A stretch of 64,000 nucleotides of DNA from Octopus vulgaris (GCA_951406725.2 OX597820.1:67952001-68016000); one strand, 5' to 3'; positions 1 to 15,744 are shown, numbered from the stretch's first letter. Notes: generated by a model not told the origin, from the letters alone. Translations and numbers: made by a program.

Positions 1-1806
1 TCGTTTTTTTTCCACATTTCTTGACGCCTAGCCTGTTTTTTTTTTCAGATATATTTCGTTTTTACTTTCATTTTACTTGTTGCAATCATTAAACTGAGGC
101 CATGTTGGGGCATCACCTCGAAGAATTTTTAATCGAATGTATCGATTCCAATATTTTTTTTTAAGGATTTTCAACAAGCACATAGTTAAGCCTAAGAGGT
201 CTTTCCACATGCTAGAGATAACAGCCAAATCTTTAAACATTATTTTTATATAATTTCAAATAAACAAAAACAGAAACCGCGGTTGTAAAAATAAAAAAAA
301 AACACTTTCATACTTTAACTATGGGGGTTTGTTTGGGGGGCTTTTGTCTTAGGAGTTTATTTTCCTAAGCGAATTCTTGTTCTATGGCATGTGCTGTGTT
401 ACGACCAAGACACTAATCACTATTTCGATTCCCCCACAGGTGAAGTAGGTACAATGCCGCTGTGTACAGCGGCACTGATAAGTGTTTCGATAATTCACTG
501 CGCTGTACGGAAATCTTCCAAGATTAAAAAATTGCTTTTGATTTTGGTTATGATTTCTAGTTTAGTTATTTCCTTTAATTTAGATTATAAGTTGTATTGA
601 GAAAGTCATCACCATGACTGTCGCATCGAATATATATTTTAAAGAAATATAAACCGTTCACATGACACAGTTTCGGATGTTAATTTGAACAGCATTACTT
701 AAACCTTTAATACTAAGAGCTAATACATGGATTTAACAACTTACATCTGTTCTCATAAGCAGATCAGGTTTTTGTGTTGTTTGTGTGTGGAGAAGAAAAA
801 ATATTCTTACAAAAGAACCATTAATAGGAACTCATATGCGTACAATCATGCTGGAATGTTGGTATACGTACAGAAAATAGATATTCCATTTTTTTAAATA
901 CAGTTTTTTTTGTTTCCGTGCTATCTTTTATGCGTCTATATGCCCATAAGAAGATACATAAAAAATGGAGGCCTTTTGATTAAAAAGTAAATATTGATAG
1001 CAAAAGAAACAGCATTTTTTTTTTTTGTATTGAAAAAATATATATATACTCACACACATTGGCTGCTTTCCATTTTAGATCGCGTAGACCGCTTATTTCC
1101 GTCATATTCGTTTTCATTATGAATTTTTTATGGTTCCTTCCACTCATACATTGTTAAGAAAAAGAATATAGATAAAAACACAATGACATACAAAATTACC
1201 TCCCTCAAATATCCGACTGTCTTCCTCATTTGGCAGCTTACTAATTTACTCGTTAAGATCACAACTTTACTTTGTTCTATCCGAGTAATTTTCCGGTCAG
1301 TAGCGTTCAGTCGCTATGTCAAAGAGTTTCTCTGAAAGAATTTCTGTTGTTGATCACATGATTATATTAATGGTCAGAAATTTGGTAGAAGCGAGAAATA
1401 GAGAAACAGAAAAATAAATAAACGAACGATACGTTCAGCAGTTCCAGCTAAAAAACGAAAACCTGCCCAAAACATCATTAAATCGCAAAACAAACATCAG
1501 CAACATAACAACTATAGTAAATATATGTACTACACGAGCGCCACCACTACCTACACAATAACGACAATGGTAAAAAAAAGTACGCACTCCAGATGTAAAA
1601 ACGAAGGAACATAGTAACTGGAAAGTACAGAAAAAGAAGTGACTTTATGTTTAGCAAAAGTATTATAGCGATTATGACAAATTGTTAGCATACTTTGTAA
1701 TATATGAGAAACAACATCAGTTTACGCTGTACAATGCTTAAAAAGTACTTCTAGAAAACATGTACGTGTATATTTGTACGTTTACATTTACGCGTGTGTA
1801 TTTAAG

Positions 1807-1808
<2 letters not shown>

Positions 1809-1878
<70 letters not shown>

Positions 1879-1885
1879 TATATGC

Positions 1886-1924
<39 letters not shown>
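1809..1924. repeat. (TA)n microsatellite
   Basis: Direct reading. Confidence 0.95.
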
Positions 1925-1927
<3 letters not shown>

Positions 1928-2975
1928 GTAAAATACCCTTTCATCTCTCACCAGATGGAGTACTTATTTTGTTGAATTTTCTATCACAGAACCGTACATG
2001 AAAATCTGCCTTCCTGCAGCTCTGAGGATTTTCAACTCCTATTTATTGCAATATAGGTGCTACTCGGCACCCTCACTCACAATTAATGACAATTGAAGTT
2101 TTACTTTTTCGTTTCATAATGTATATTGCTGCCTTAATATCGTGTATACATACATACATACATACATACATACATACATACAGCAATACTCAACAACTGA
2201 CGCAGGGAGATTTTCTTATGGTAGTAAAATAGTAGTTTAACTGCTATTTCTAAATTTCGGTATGTGGTGAAGCAAATTTTGCTGAACCCAAATTATAATT
2301 ATACTCATAATTATAGAATATTTGTATAATTTTACCGATAATGGTTCTTTTAACATACCGAACTACTTGGAAAAATTTTATATATGCCGCAGCTTCATTA
2401 ATAAAGCATATTACTCTACCTCCGCTATTCGAGTACCATTTTTGTCATATATATATATATATATACAAACACACATACACACAGAAACACACACACGCGC
2501 ATATGTTTAATATGCTGATAGTACAATATTATTCTGTATGCAGCTAATTTGCAGCTAATTTGCATCACCAATCGCCAGTTTTGTTCACCAACGTAGCACC
2601 ATGTATTGAGTGCCTTGTTTTATGCGGAACTTATTAGCAAAAACAGTTCAGTACATAGATGTGTATTTGTGTGTGTGGGGAGGTGTCTGTGAGTGCACGT
2701 GTGTGCAAAGGCGTATCTGAACTCTCTATGACTTTATGTCTACGTAAGTTAAACAAATTACGTCGAGGCACGCGTTTCATGTCGCTGTGATCTTCAGGCG
2801 AAAACTTTTATAACATTCGTGTGTGTTTTCTTCAATCAATCTATCGACAGAAGATAGAACACCCATAGCAACGGATATAAATGAACATGTATCGAGCTGT
2901 GATAATTCTTCTATAAGGATTGTTGCGGCGTAAAATTCTAGTCACGAGGTTCTCTCTCTCTCTGTATATATGTGT

Positions 2976-3145
2976 GTATGTATGTATGTATGTATGTATG
3001 TATGTATGTATGTATGTATGTATGTATGTATGTATGGATGTATGCATGTATGTATGCATGGATGTATGTATGTATGGATGTATGTATGTATGTACGTATG
3101 TATGCTTGGTTGTGTGTGTGTATTTGTATGTGTGTGTGTGTATGT
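2976..3145. repeat. (TATG)n microsatellite
   Basis: Direct reading. Confidence 0.95.
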
Positions 3146-3970
3146 ATTCACCCTCTCGCGCCTGTGTGGGGACAATGACATGACAAATATGTGAGTGAAA
3201 CCCTCAAGATAGCTTACTTGGCAGTTTTATATGCGTTGAATAATTATTATGTGTTGTCCTTATATATTGTAAGAATATTATTTTCACTTAATTCAATTAC
3301 AAACTCATAAAGGAGGCCACGTTGAGGTTGTCGTATTTTTCTCCCAGACGCAGACTGCAGAGCCCTATATTCAGCATTTCTCCTAAACTCGGTTTAATGA
3401 TGGGTTAATAGACTCGAGCATTGACTGAAAGAGCTGTGGTTACAGATATGTCGAAGAACTAACGCCGATAGTCAATAGTAGGTATCACCATGACATCGGA
3501 TAATGAGCCATTAATCTTTGCTCCAAAATTCGTATGATACTGCGGAGATATTTCGTTTCGTTCATCCGACGCATTTTCTCTCGCTGTGATATATTTGTGT
3601 CGCCTCTCGTATTTTCCCGCAGCAAAATTGTGACTCAAGTAGCGACCTATTAACAATTTCGTAGACAGTCATATACGAAACTTAATGTCGTAGGGGGAAA
3701 CTTTCTTAAGTGTAAAGCATAATGAAGTGGAATTGTCTATTTTTCTTATTGTAATTAAATGTAACGAGGTTGTATTTACCTGTTACGAATAATACCTGCA
3801 AGCCAATTAAAAGATTCAGCCTTGTCATAATCCATCATGCTGATTCCGCCTGAGAGTTATACGCATCGATAGAATATTCAGTCTCTTGCACGCAAATTCA
3901 ATTAGCTTTGTAGTTCAAATGATCGAACAACTGACAACCTATGATGGGAAATTGTGACAGAGATCCATCC

Positions 3971-3971
<1 letters not shown>

Positions 3972-4031
<60 letters not shown>

Positions 4032-4190
4032 ATTATAATTATTATTATTATTATTATTTGTAGTAGTAGTAGTAGTAGTGGTAGTAGCAGTAGTAGTAGT
4101 AGTAGTAGTGGTAGTAGTAGTAGTGGTAGTAGTAGTAGTTGTAGTAGTATTAGTATTGTTGTTGTTATTTTTATTATTATTATTATTACC
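3972..4190. repeat. Compound (ATT)n/(AGT)n microsatellite
   Basis: Direct reading. Confidence 0.95.
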
Positions 4191-6239
4191 ATTACATATA
4201 TGTCTGTGTATGTATGTGTGTGTGTGTATAACTTTCTTTACGATTTATTGGAGTTCTTAATGGAGTCCACGCCAGTCGCTAACAAAGTGAGAAAACTTTT
4301 GGGGTTAAGAAAGTTCACGACGTTTGTAAATATAAGGTTAAGTTACTGTGTGCATATATGTGGGAGCATGCATTTGCCTCCTCTTTAGGATTTAAACTTT
4401 TGTGCAAGTACGTGTGTGTATGTGAATGTGTGTGGGTGCATCATTACTGTTTCCGTATTTGTCTTTGTACATGAACACAACTGATTGTTTGCGTAAATTC
4501 TTTCAAAAAATCTCAGGCAGAGAATCTATGGAATGTCTTGCAGATTTTCACTGTGCCGGTAATAAATTGGACTTGGAGGATGTGCGTCGATTTCTATTGC
4601 TCTTTCTTAGAAAATCCTGGCATTTTTACGGTTTGTACAAATCCGTTGTTACATAACCTAGTGCACCTATGATGAGAAGTAAGAATGAATATTTATAACC
4701 AGGGTACAAGAACTGTAAGTTCTGCATTGATTCACCATTGATGTTCTTTTCCTCTGAAGTTTTAATGGGACGTTTACATCCGCTGGGCTCTAGAATTGTT
4801 TCACAGACCAATACCGGGCTTATTGTATTTGAACCGGTTTACTGTTTGCATTGGAATATTGTACCGTTATTATTTGTTACAAAGGTGTAAATACATCTTG
4901 GTTTTGAAATATCATCAGGGAAATCATAAATATTGATTATTCATTAATGCGTTGTCACTTAAAGGCTCTAAATTATCAATGTGTTGAGTTTCATCTTTCA
5001 GATTGCAATCCAAGTTTGCTTTTTTTCTATTAAATTATCTGGTGTTGGAATGTATTCTAAAATAAACTGAAACAACTTTGGAGGGAAACGTTAGTCAATC
5101 AAATCGAGCCACAGCTAGCAGTAAAATGAAATTTGAAAAAAAAAACAACAAAAAACAAACAAACTGAACAAAACAAAAAAAAACGCAGAACCCCTAGGCT
5201 TTTGTAGTTCATTAACTCCTTCATAACAAACGATAAATATAAATATCGGTTTCAAATTTGGCACAATGCGTGTTATCTCGGGATAAAAGATAAGTCGATT
5301 GCAGCAACTCCCATGCTCAACTGTCACTTCTTTTAAGGAGTAAAGGCAAAGTCGCCCTCGGAGGAATTTGAACTCAGAACGTGAAGAGGACTAAATGCCG
5401 ATGAGCATTTTGTCCTGCGTGCTAACGATTCTACCAGCTCGCTGCCTTGCACACGATAGAATATATTTGTTATATATATAATACCATAATCAAGTGCGAA
5501 ATTAATTCACAGAGGCTCTCTTTATGATTGCTGCTATATTTTAGCTTCCAGCCAGCCGTGACTGAAGAACCTATGATTAAAAGTACCCAAAGTGTGCTCT
5601 ATCTCGTCTTGGGATGAGTAGTTTTTCGACTTGCTACAGTTAGCAGCTAAATTCAGTTATATTACATCCCTACTATTAAAAAAGAAGAAAAAAAAAACAA
5701 GTTTGGCTGCGTAATAAGAGCTACACAAAAATGATGGGAAAATTGAGGGAAGAATATTTTGACTATAGTTCTAACTGTTTCAAAATGCTAGTGGCCTTTC
5801 CGCCGTCTCACTGACCTAATCTTTCCTCCGCTTGATATTGGCTGATCGAAGAAGTGGCTTCCTTCTTGCCGCTCTGCCTTAGTAGCCAAGTTTATGGAGA
5901 TACCAGACAGCTGTTCTAGGACTAACATCAACTTCTTTTGCTATGTCAGAGGCCTTGCAAAGAAGATTATCCTCCACACTTCTCTTAACAAAGCAAAGAG
6001 TTGTCAGAGGACTCTGGTCGACCTGGACAAGGTGATGAGGACTCTTTCTCCTCATTGCACAATCACTCTATGGGATCCCAAGGTTTACTGCATTTTTACG
6101 CCTTCAGATTGACCCACAATACGGCCTCTTTGAAATTCGGACAATTCCAATGCCTTTTTTTAACGTGGTATGATTGTTATCTAACTGCTGAGTTGAAGCT
6201 AAATGCCATTATTGTCTTCATCACTTTCAGCATCATGTC

Positions 6240-6540
6240 GGCGATGGCGGTTACGATGACGAAGCCGATGACGCCGATGACGACGATGACGACGATGTCC
6301 ACGACGACGACCACCACTACCACCACCACAAATAGCATCTCTACTACCACTGTCATCACCACCAAACAACGACAACAGCAACTGCTCAAGCACCACCACC
6401 AACAATAATAACGACACAAACATCACCATCTTTTCTAACAATAACAACAACACTACCACCGAAGACAAAACCAGCGACAACGACGACGGCAACAACAACA
6501 ACAGCAACAAAGCCAACAACAACAACAACATCAGCAACAA
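6240..6540. repeat. Degenerate trinucleotide tract (GAC/CAC/CAA)n
   Basis: Direct reading. Confidence 0.85.
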
Positions 6541-6734
6541 GAGACAAAATCAGAAGCGTGTTAGTAAGGGAACTTGTATGTGATTACCGGATCTCCTAGA
6601 AATATCAATCAGAATCCCGCTAAAATTAAACCTCGCTATTTTAAAAGGAAAGTAGATGGTTACGGTTGGACTGTCTTTGATGATAGGTCTGATCCGTCAA
6701 GGTTGAACCGAAAGGAAACCACAACAACAACAAC

Positions 6735-7030
6735 GAATGGTACTTCATCGGTTACGACGACGCAGGTTCCAATCGATCCGATCAACGGAACAGCCTGCTT
6801 GTGGCTGAGTACTCCACGGTCATGCGCACCCTTAACGTAGTTCAAAGAGAGTTCCAGCGTTACACAGAATGACCTTTTAAAGTACAAGTACGACTCACTT
6901 TTGGCAGCTAAGTAGACTGGAGCTAATATGAAATAGTCTTGCTCAAGGATATAACGTTCCGCCAGGAATCGAACTCACGAAATTACGATCGTGAGCCTAA
7001 TACTCTAACCAGTAAGCCACGCGCCTTCAC
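6735..7030 (-). mobile_element. Chimeric SINE: family D-like head with family C type-2 tail
   Basis: Head gtgaaggcgcgtggctt...gagttcgattcc; tail matches 56297-56450 (ggttacgacgacg..atcaacggaacagcctgct). Confidence 0.7.
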
Positions 7031-7069
7031 AGCAACAACAACAACAACAACAACAAAAAATACGTTTAA

Positions 7070-7545
7070 GTAGCCTCTACGTAACCGCTAGATTTACTAG
7101 AAATAGAAATCAAATAACCCTGAAATCATTATTTGCAATTATAAAATATGAAGCATATTTTGAACAACTTGATTTTCAAGGAACCTCTGCGTAGCTGTTT
7201 GACTTACTAGAAGTAGAAACCAAATCTTCCTCAAATCAATCATTGCGGTTATAGTAAAAAAAAAATGAAGCACATTTTGAACAACAACACCACCACCAAC
7301 AATAACAATAATGACGAAGACGACGACGACAATATACGTAACGTTGAAAGAGTTTCTACGTAGCCGCTCGACATGCCAGAAATAGAAACCAAATCTGGCT
7401 CAAATATTATAAAAGAGAAAAGAAAATGAAGCACATTTGGGATAATGTAGTTCCTGATATACAACAAAGACGGGATGGTCAATCCTGGAAGGCCTTTCAT
7501 CATCATGTCTTCTCAATCAGGGCTGACTCGAGGCTACAGTAGAAC
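7070..7545 (+). repeat. Three diverged tandem copies of an interspersed-repeat segment (ctacgtagccgc...agaaatagaaaccaaatc...gaagcacatttt)
   Basis: Units start near 7072, 7183 and 7353; related pieces near 195, 6575 and 8185. Confidence 0.6.
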
Positions 7546-8499
7546 AAAACCAAAATGATAAACAATTGCTTCTTATCTAGAAATTTAGTACAAAAGACTG
7601 AGGAAACGTAAATGAATATATTGTTATCTCGATGTAAACAGAAATTACATAACACAACATTTTCAAGTCGACTAATTAAAGCTAGCGGCTAAGAAGCATT
7701 TCAATGTATTAGTTAACATAATAAAAGAGAGACAATTACCAGCAGGAAAACTCATTAAATATCTACTATTTAATATACATGTATTAAGATTCCTCATAAA
7801 ATAGAATACTCTGTAATAATAAACGCGTCCATGCTTATGTATATATCCTAATATATTCCGTCGTCCTCTGTACACGTAACGCAAACAACTCATAGCAAAT
7901 GAATTGAAACCTTGTGTGAAAATATTAACTACACTGCCTACGGATCTGTCTGTAGAAGGCAGAATTAGAAACAATAGAGAGGGAGAGAGAGAGGGAGAGA
8001 GAGAGAGGGAGAGAGAGAGATAGAGAGATAGAGAGAGAGGACATAGTAATCTACTGTTCTGTGGTTGGGCTCTACAATGAATGATGATATGGTCACGTGG
8101 TTCTTGATACGTCGATAAAATGGCCTCCGTTTCAATAAATTCGTAAACAGATTACGGCTATAACAGATCATTAAGAATGAAGGAGGCTTCTGTCTACTAC
8201 AACGACTTGGTAGAAATAGTGATCAAATCTCCCTCGCAGGTATGGCTGTGTGGTAAAGAAGTTCGTTAAATGAACTACGTGGTTTCGGGTTCAATTAGTT
8301 GCTTGTGCAATACTTTAGGCGAGTGACGTCTGCCATAACCTCGGTTCTACTAAAGCCTGTAGAAGAAAAAAATAGGTGGAAACTGTGTGTGTTTGGTGGT
8401 GGTGGTGTGGAAGAACGTTACTGCTGAGGTAGAGCGCTACAACCATCTCGATCACCATCGTCACGACGATGACGACGATGACCACCATCATACCCACCA

Positions 8500-8650
8500 C
8501 CTTTTTCCTGTGTCCCTTTCTGTAGAAGAGCGTAGGCTCGAAACGTAAAAGACTTTTTCTATTTCTAAGCGTTATACTAATACATCTGTTTGTTTTGTAC
8601 ACCACTTGTCTTCGTCTTTTGTTGATTTTTTTTTCGTAAATTCTCCCTAT
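8500..8650 (+). mobile_element. Penelope-like terminal-repeat fragment with hammerhead-like motif (8516-8551)
   Basis: cttt-CTGTAGA-A-gagc(gtag)gctc-GAAA-CG-TA-aaag; ends in a TA-rich run; same family at 37274-37408 and 43661-43853. Confidence 0.55.
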
Positions 8651-8665
8651 GTATATATATATATC

Positions 8666-8878
8666 TTGTAATATAAATCACAAGTTTTGTGGGATACTGC
8701 TGCCCAGGGGGTCCTGGTCAAAATAATAATTTTTATCGCCATTTTTCAAGCTGATAAAAACAGTAGACGGTGTGTCAATTGTGTTGTTTTAATCAGCTTC
8801 AAAAGCGAAAGAAATTAATATTTCGACCAGGAATACCTGGGTAGCAGTATATTACAAGACTTGTGGCTTTTATTATAA
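8666..8878. mobile_element. Fold-back MITE-like element (imperfect ~210-bp palindrome)
   Basis: cacaagttttgtgggatactgctgcccagg mirrors cctgggtagcagtatattacaagacttgtg; inner pairs cctggtcaaaata/tatttcgaccagg and aagctgataaaaaca/tgttttaatcagctt. Confidence 0.7.
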
Positions 8879-8930
8879 CTCTACACGCTTAGTTCATTGA
8901 ATGCTATACAACTTATTGAAGTCTTACCAC

Positions 8931-8986
<56 letters not shown>

Positions 8987-8988
8987 CA

Positions 8989-9889
8989 TACATAGACATT
9001 CCATAGAACAGTTATGCTTATTTTAACTAACAAAGGTTTATACTTTTTATTAATTGCCATTTTTATGTTTCAAGTTCTATATGTGACTGTTTAATCATAC
9101 CACGTTAAAAGAAAGCATTGGAATCAGCCGAATTTCAAAGAGGCCATATTGTGGGTCAATCTGAAGGCGTAAAAGTGCGGTAAACCTTGGGATCCTATTT
9201 TCTACAGTTAATAGAGTGATTGTGCGATTCACCAGAGAGGGGAAAGAGTCCTCATCACCTTGTCCAGGTTGACCAGTCTGTGATCAAGAATTGATCTGAG
9301 AAGATTATAGCCAACAATGAAACATGGCGCCTATTCTGTGATGGTCTGGGGAGCAATTTGGAGCAATGGTTGATCAGAGCTGGTGGAGTGTGAGTGAAAC
9401 ATAAACTCAGATAAATATGTGTCAACATTGCGGAAAGGATTCTTTCCAATCTTCCCCAATGGTAAAATAATTAAAGAAGACTTTTTATTTGGGGAAGATG
9501 GGCTCCTTGTCACACTGCTAAAAAGACCCAGGGCTTGTTGGAAGAGAATGGCATTCAAAAGCTACCATAGCGAAGCCAGTCATCAAATATGAACCTTACT
9601 GAAAACCTTTTCAGGACACTTCGTAAAAAGAAAAAGAAAGCATCCTCAAAGCTAGATCTTTTGAAATTACTTTATGAAACTTGGCAAGAAATTCCTCAAG
9701 AGAGTATACGTCATCTAATCAGCAGCATGCCTAATAGGGTCCTTGCATTGAAAAATGCAATGGGTATGTCTGCTAAATATTAGATTTTCACATTATAATA
9801 ATTAATAAATAATTTGAATGTATAATTGCAGATTTCAATAAATTTTAACGATTATAAGGGTGACTATTTATTTTTGTCATGTCTGTGTA
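8989..9889 (+). mobile_element. Degenerate, internally deleted Tc1-like transposon
   Basis: Translated fragments EFQRGHIVG, KHGAYSVMVWGAI, and C-terminal WQEIPQESIRHLISSMPNRVLALKNAMGMSAKY (ORF 9589-9783) typical of Tc1 transposases; partial TIR tacatagacat/atgtctgtgta. Confidence 0.75.
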
Positions 9890-10186
9890 CACACACACAC
9901 ACACACACACATATGTGTATATGATGAACTCTTCCGTCGTTAGACGACGTATGAAGGTTCGAGAATTTCTTACCAAACAACCACACATGGTTTGTTTATG
10001 GTGATGAAATGTTGATGTACACATAAGCTCATTCCCTCCATCAGATCGACATTGCTTGTAAAGGTGCAACGTGTGACACATGTCAGATGTCGCAATGATC
10101 GCAGAGCAACGTGAAATAAAGTGCTTTGCTCAAGAAGGCAATCGTGAGTGAAACATCTTTACCACTAAGCCATGCGCCTGCATATG

Positions 10187-10229
<43 letters not shown>

Positions 10230-10245
10230 CAGGCCAGCCCTGCCA

Positions 10246-10287
<42 letters not shown>

Positions 10288-10292
10288 TATAT

Positions 10293-10393
<101 letters not shown>

Positions 10394-10464
10394 GCGAGTT
10401 ACATAGATAGCTAGATGAGTGCGTGTGTGTGCGTACGTATGAGTAGTATCAGTACTTTTGTGCC

Positions 10465-10650
10465 TGCATTCGTCCTCCCCCACCGCTTGACAACCGATGT
10501 CGGTTGGTTTACGTCCCCTTGAAATAGCAGTTCGAATAAGATAAGCACCAGACAAGTAAAAAATAAGTACTGTGGCTGATTTCTTCGACCTAAAGGCTTC
10601 AAGTCAGTGCCCCATCATGGCCGCAGCCAACTAACGATATAAAAGATAGA
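10465..10650 (+). mobile_element. SINE family A 3' half
   Basis: cgcttgacaaccgatgtcgg...catggccgcag homology. Confidence 0.7.
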
Positions 10651-10949
10651 AGATAAATAAAACACCTAGTTCTTTTATTTGCCTTCATTATTTTTTTCGA
10701 AAATATCAGCTTTTGTCAAGGATATCAAAGACAATTTAATTGAAATGGCTATAACCGCGAATTGAAACTAAGTCGCGGGCATGACTTCCCTGAAGCTACC
10801 GATCAATTCACTGACGTATCGAGCTACCATTTTTCATCTCCCGATTTCAAAGAAATCAACTTAATGATTCTCTAAATGTTCATTGTTTGATACAACTTCA
10901 GATGTTATGTTGAGAAATTGTGACGATATGGGCTGAGATGAGATGAGAA

Positions 10950-11650
<701 letters not shown>

Positions 11651-12178
11651 TGTGGGATTGAGAACAATGGCTGAAGAACAGAAGCACAATCAAGGAGAGG
11701 AACCTTAATGAGGGCCGAAACAACGAGAATATGCGATAAGAGGAGACAAAAAAATAGGAAGAGAAAATGAGTGGTATAGAGAGAGACTAACATAGATAGA
11801 AAGAGAGAGAAATATAGAGGATAACAAAAGAAGCAATAGAGAACCAACCGTAAACTATCTTTTTCCATATACATACATACATACATACATACATACATAC
11901 ATACATACATACATACATACATACACACACATATATCAGGAGGAAGACAAAGAACGAAATCAACAGAGAGAAAAGGGGAAGTTGAGAAGGAGATAAAGTA
12001 TGAGGAATGTGGGTGAGATTGTTCTGTGATTACTGACGCTGAATTGCGATGCATTCCCGAGTACAGATGTTGATGAGAGGAAATATATTGATATGAAATT
12101 TCATAGATGTTCAGCGACAGATAGAAGCAAAATCCATACGCGGACAACATTGAGAAAAATAAAATAAAAATACCCTGT

Positions 12179-12197
12179 TATGAAGATGATGATGAAG

Positions 12198-12229
<32 letters not shown>

Positions 12230-12230
12230 G

Positions 12231-12286
<56 letters not shown>

Positions 12287-12292
12287 AATAAC

Positions 12293-12381
<89 letters not shown>

Positions 12382-12420
12382 CAATAACGATAATAAGGAT
12401 AACAACAACTACAATAATAA
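12179..12420. repeat. (GAT)n/(AAT)n microsatellite
   Basis: Direct reading. Confidence 0.95.
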
Positions 12421-12706
12421 TGCTAATACTAAAAAAAGCAATAATAATCTTGGTAAAATATCATTCTGATCTGTTGGTATTAATCCAATTTGCACAATTG
12501 TAAAATTAAATTCATTTTTCATAAAGATAACATGATGTGATTAAAACTGCAGAAGAATTTGATAATATTGAGATATTAAACTTCTGGGATGAAAAGACAA
12601 AAAGAAGCAAAAAAATATATATATAAAGAGAGAAATAAAATAAATATGTACAATGTCGATACCAAATATATATACACACATATACATGCGTTTATGCGTT
12701 TGTATG

Positions 12707-12753
<47 letters not shown>

Positions 12754-12837
12754 CTGTGTGTGTGTGTGTATGTGTGTGTGTGTGTATATACATATATATA
12801 TATATGTATATATATGTGTACATATATATATGTATGC

Positions 12838-12892
<55 letters not shown>

Positions 12893-13123
12893 TACATATA
12901 CATATATATATTGATATGTGAATATATGCACATAATGTTTGAAAACACCTTGAATTCTTTATATCGGACATTAATTTACTATTTTGCCGATTAATTTGAG
13001 AGGTTGCTTGCTACAAATGGAATATTTTCTTTCTTTGACACCGACATCAGATACGTTGGAATGATATTAGACGCACATACACACAAATGAACGTACACCC
13101 ATACTTAATACAGGCATATATTA

Positions 13124-13191
<68 letters not shown>

Positions 13192-13249
13192 GTATATATA
13201 TATACGTATATATATATACATATTGATATATGCATAGTTGTATGTATGC

Positions 13250-13285
<36 letters not shown>

Positions 13286-13484
13286 GAAAAATAAATTATA
13301 TATAAAATTAAGCTGTCATGTCTTGCTATTAATAATAATGTTTAATAATTAAGAAAAAAAGTTAATTGGCTTAAAGATGGATGTATTAATAGATAATTTA
13401 ATTTGAATACAGAAATCTTAACGCTTTTATCGACGTACCTTCTTCTAATTAGAAAAATGCACATTGTTATTATTATTATTATTA

Positions 13485-13524
<40 letters not shown>

Positions 13525-13575
13525 GGCTATGAAGATGATGATGATGATAATTATGAGGATGTTCATGATTATGAA

Positions 13576-13624
<49 letters not shown>

Positions 13625-13949
13625 GTTATTATTATTATTATTAATCATAATATTCGTATCTGAGCGGCTATGAGTGTAAATATCGACGCTCCGCAAGTTT
13701 ACCTCCGTTTTCTGAAATATCTTCAACGAAGTTTTAGAATTTGATTATTGATTTTGTTGACGACCTTCTCCAGGAAAAAGAATGTAGTAATTTAACACTC
13801 AGCTGTTTCCTAATTAGAGGAAACGCCGCTGTTTTTTTACATGCAGTTTGCCACTATTGTACAAAAGCTTATTAAATAGAATGTCAACAAGTTTGACATC
13901 TGGCAGTAAGGGTAGAAGTCTTCCGTGACAGCCATGGTTGCGGACGTGG

Positions 13950-15300
13950 TAAGGCTATCGACATAGCACAAGGACAGCAGCTATAAGTTTTAAGCCTGGG
14001 TTCAAATTAACAAGTTCTGCCTTTGTGGTGATGTAGTGGATTGCGTGTCTCAGTGGCTCTGAGAGCTATGCTAGCAGAACGCAAACGCCTGGCAGGTCTT
14101 CCCATGTTAGGCAGATCAAAGGTTAGATTCCTGACGGAGTGGACCTATCTCTCTTCCAAGAGGTAAAGATGGGTTTGCGCAGGGCCAACAACCCTACTAA
14201 GAAAAAAAAAAGAAAAGAAAGTTATAAAAGCTTTGATGGCAAGTCAAAACTAACAAGACCTGGTTTCCCGATTCAAGGGCTGAGAAAAGCTCGATGGCCC
14301 ATGCTCCATCAGGCGAAAGAGTTAAGTGTAATAAAGTTGAAGAATTAGATGTCAGGGATAGCTCCGACAGAAAGAGAGCTTCCTCACGGTGCAGTCCTTC
14401 CACAGTCCATCTGGCTCTTTGAGTGCATTTGATTTAGGAATTGCGGATGGTTGTTACTGCATCAGGCCTAAAAAAAGACAAAAGTAGCCAGGAATGGTTA
14501 GGTTAGGATGTTGACTATGACAACCGGACTGTTAGATAACATCTGAAAGTCAGTGATATACGAAAGGCAGCAGTGATTAAAAACGAAATGTTAAAATTGC
14601 AAGTGGACATTGCAACATTACACTAAGAGTAAGAAACTTCATGACTAAGAAGCTATATCTTTTTCTGGCACGGAAAGTTTTTAGACGAGATTAGAGAGTA
14701 TAGTATTAATTTTGTTGTGAGTGAAGGACCGAGTGGGTCTCCTCGTTTCGGCTCTATACATCAGATGAACCTCTAAATCTTGTCAGTATTTCCCTCAGAC
14801 ACTACAATTCACAAGACACAAAGGACGAATTCTATGAAAAATCCTCAAAGACAACTCGTGCAATACGAAACCAGCAATAGCTAGTGCTGTTTGTCGACTT
14901 TAACGCCAGATTGAGTAGAGATCACGAATCCTAGCCAGTTGACTGGGGTACATTATGGACTGTGTCACCAATACCTACTTCAAAATAAACCCCATTGTAA
15001 AGTGTCTTGGAAATCTCCCTGCCCTAAATACTTGAACCAACTAGACCTAATACAAGCAAAACGCTTCAGAAAAGTGCTGATGACACAGCCCTTCCAAAGT
15101 GTCGACTAAGACACGGGTTTTCGTGCCAGTCACCTCGAAGCCAGCGCATTGATATCACTATGACACAACAGCCAGTCAAACAATAGTGTCCAACAGGTTA
15201 TTGGATATACCCTGTACAAGCACTAGGCTGAAATGGGATTCTCTCAGGGACACCATACGCAACAACGCATTGAAGGCTTGAAGAAACGGATCATGCAAGA
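13950..15300 (+). mobile_element. Degenerate RTE-clade LINE 5' part (5' UTR plus APE endonuclease remnants)
   Basis: Frame fragments DIRKAAVIKNEMLKLQVDIATL, YIFFWHGK, DTKDEFYE, VLFVDFNAR, LCVTNTYFK, NQLDLI, with many stops and frameshifts. Confidence 0.7.
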
Positions 15301-15302
15301 TA

Positions 15303-15505
15303 CATGTGTATGTATGTATGTGTGTATGTATGTATGTATGTATGTATGTATGTATGTATGTATGTATGTATGTATGTATGTATGTATGTATGTATGTATG
15401 TATGTATGTATGTATTTATGTATGTATGTATGTATGTAATTATGTATGTATGTATGTATGTATGTATGTATGTATGTATGTATGTATGTATGTATGTATG
15501 TATGT
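15303..15505. repeat. (TATG)n microsatellite
   Basis: Direct reading. Confidence 0.95.
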
Positions 15506-15744
15506 ACTACATATGTTTCGATCCGGCCATTAAGTTCAGAACATCACCATTCCAGCGATGTTAGCTGTAAAATAACCCCATATTATGGCTGGATGGATGG
15601 ATGCACGCATTTCTTTCCTGTCCCTCTTATTGTTTACATGCCTTTTTATCACGAAGTTCATTTGTGGATCAATCCAAGAGACACGTGTTCAACGCATTTT
15701 GGCTTACGAAAATACACGACTTAAATTCTGCAATTATCCTGTTT

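Noticed and set aside
6001-6540. Thr/Gln-rich or Leu-rich ORFs
   Set aside because: Derived from degenerate trinucleotide repeats, with no splice or domain support.
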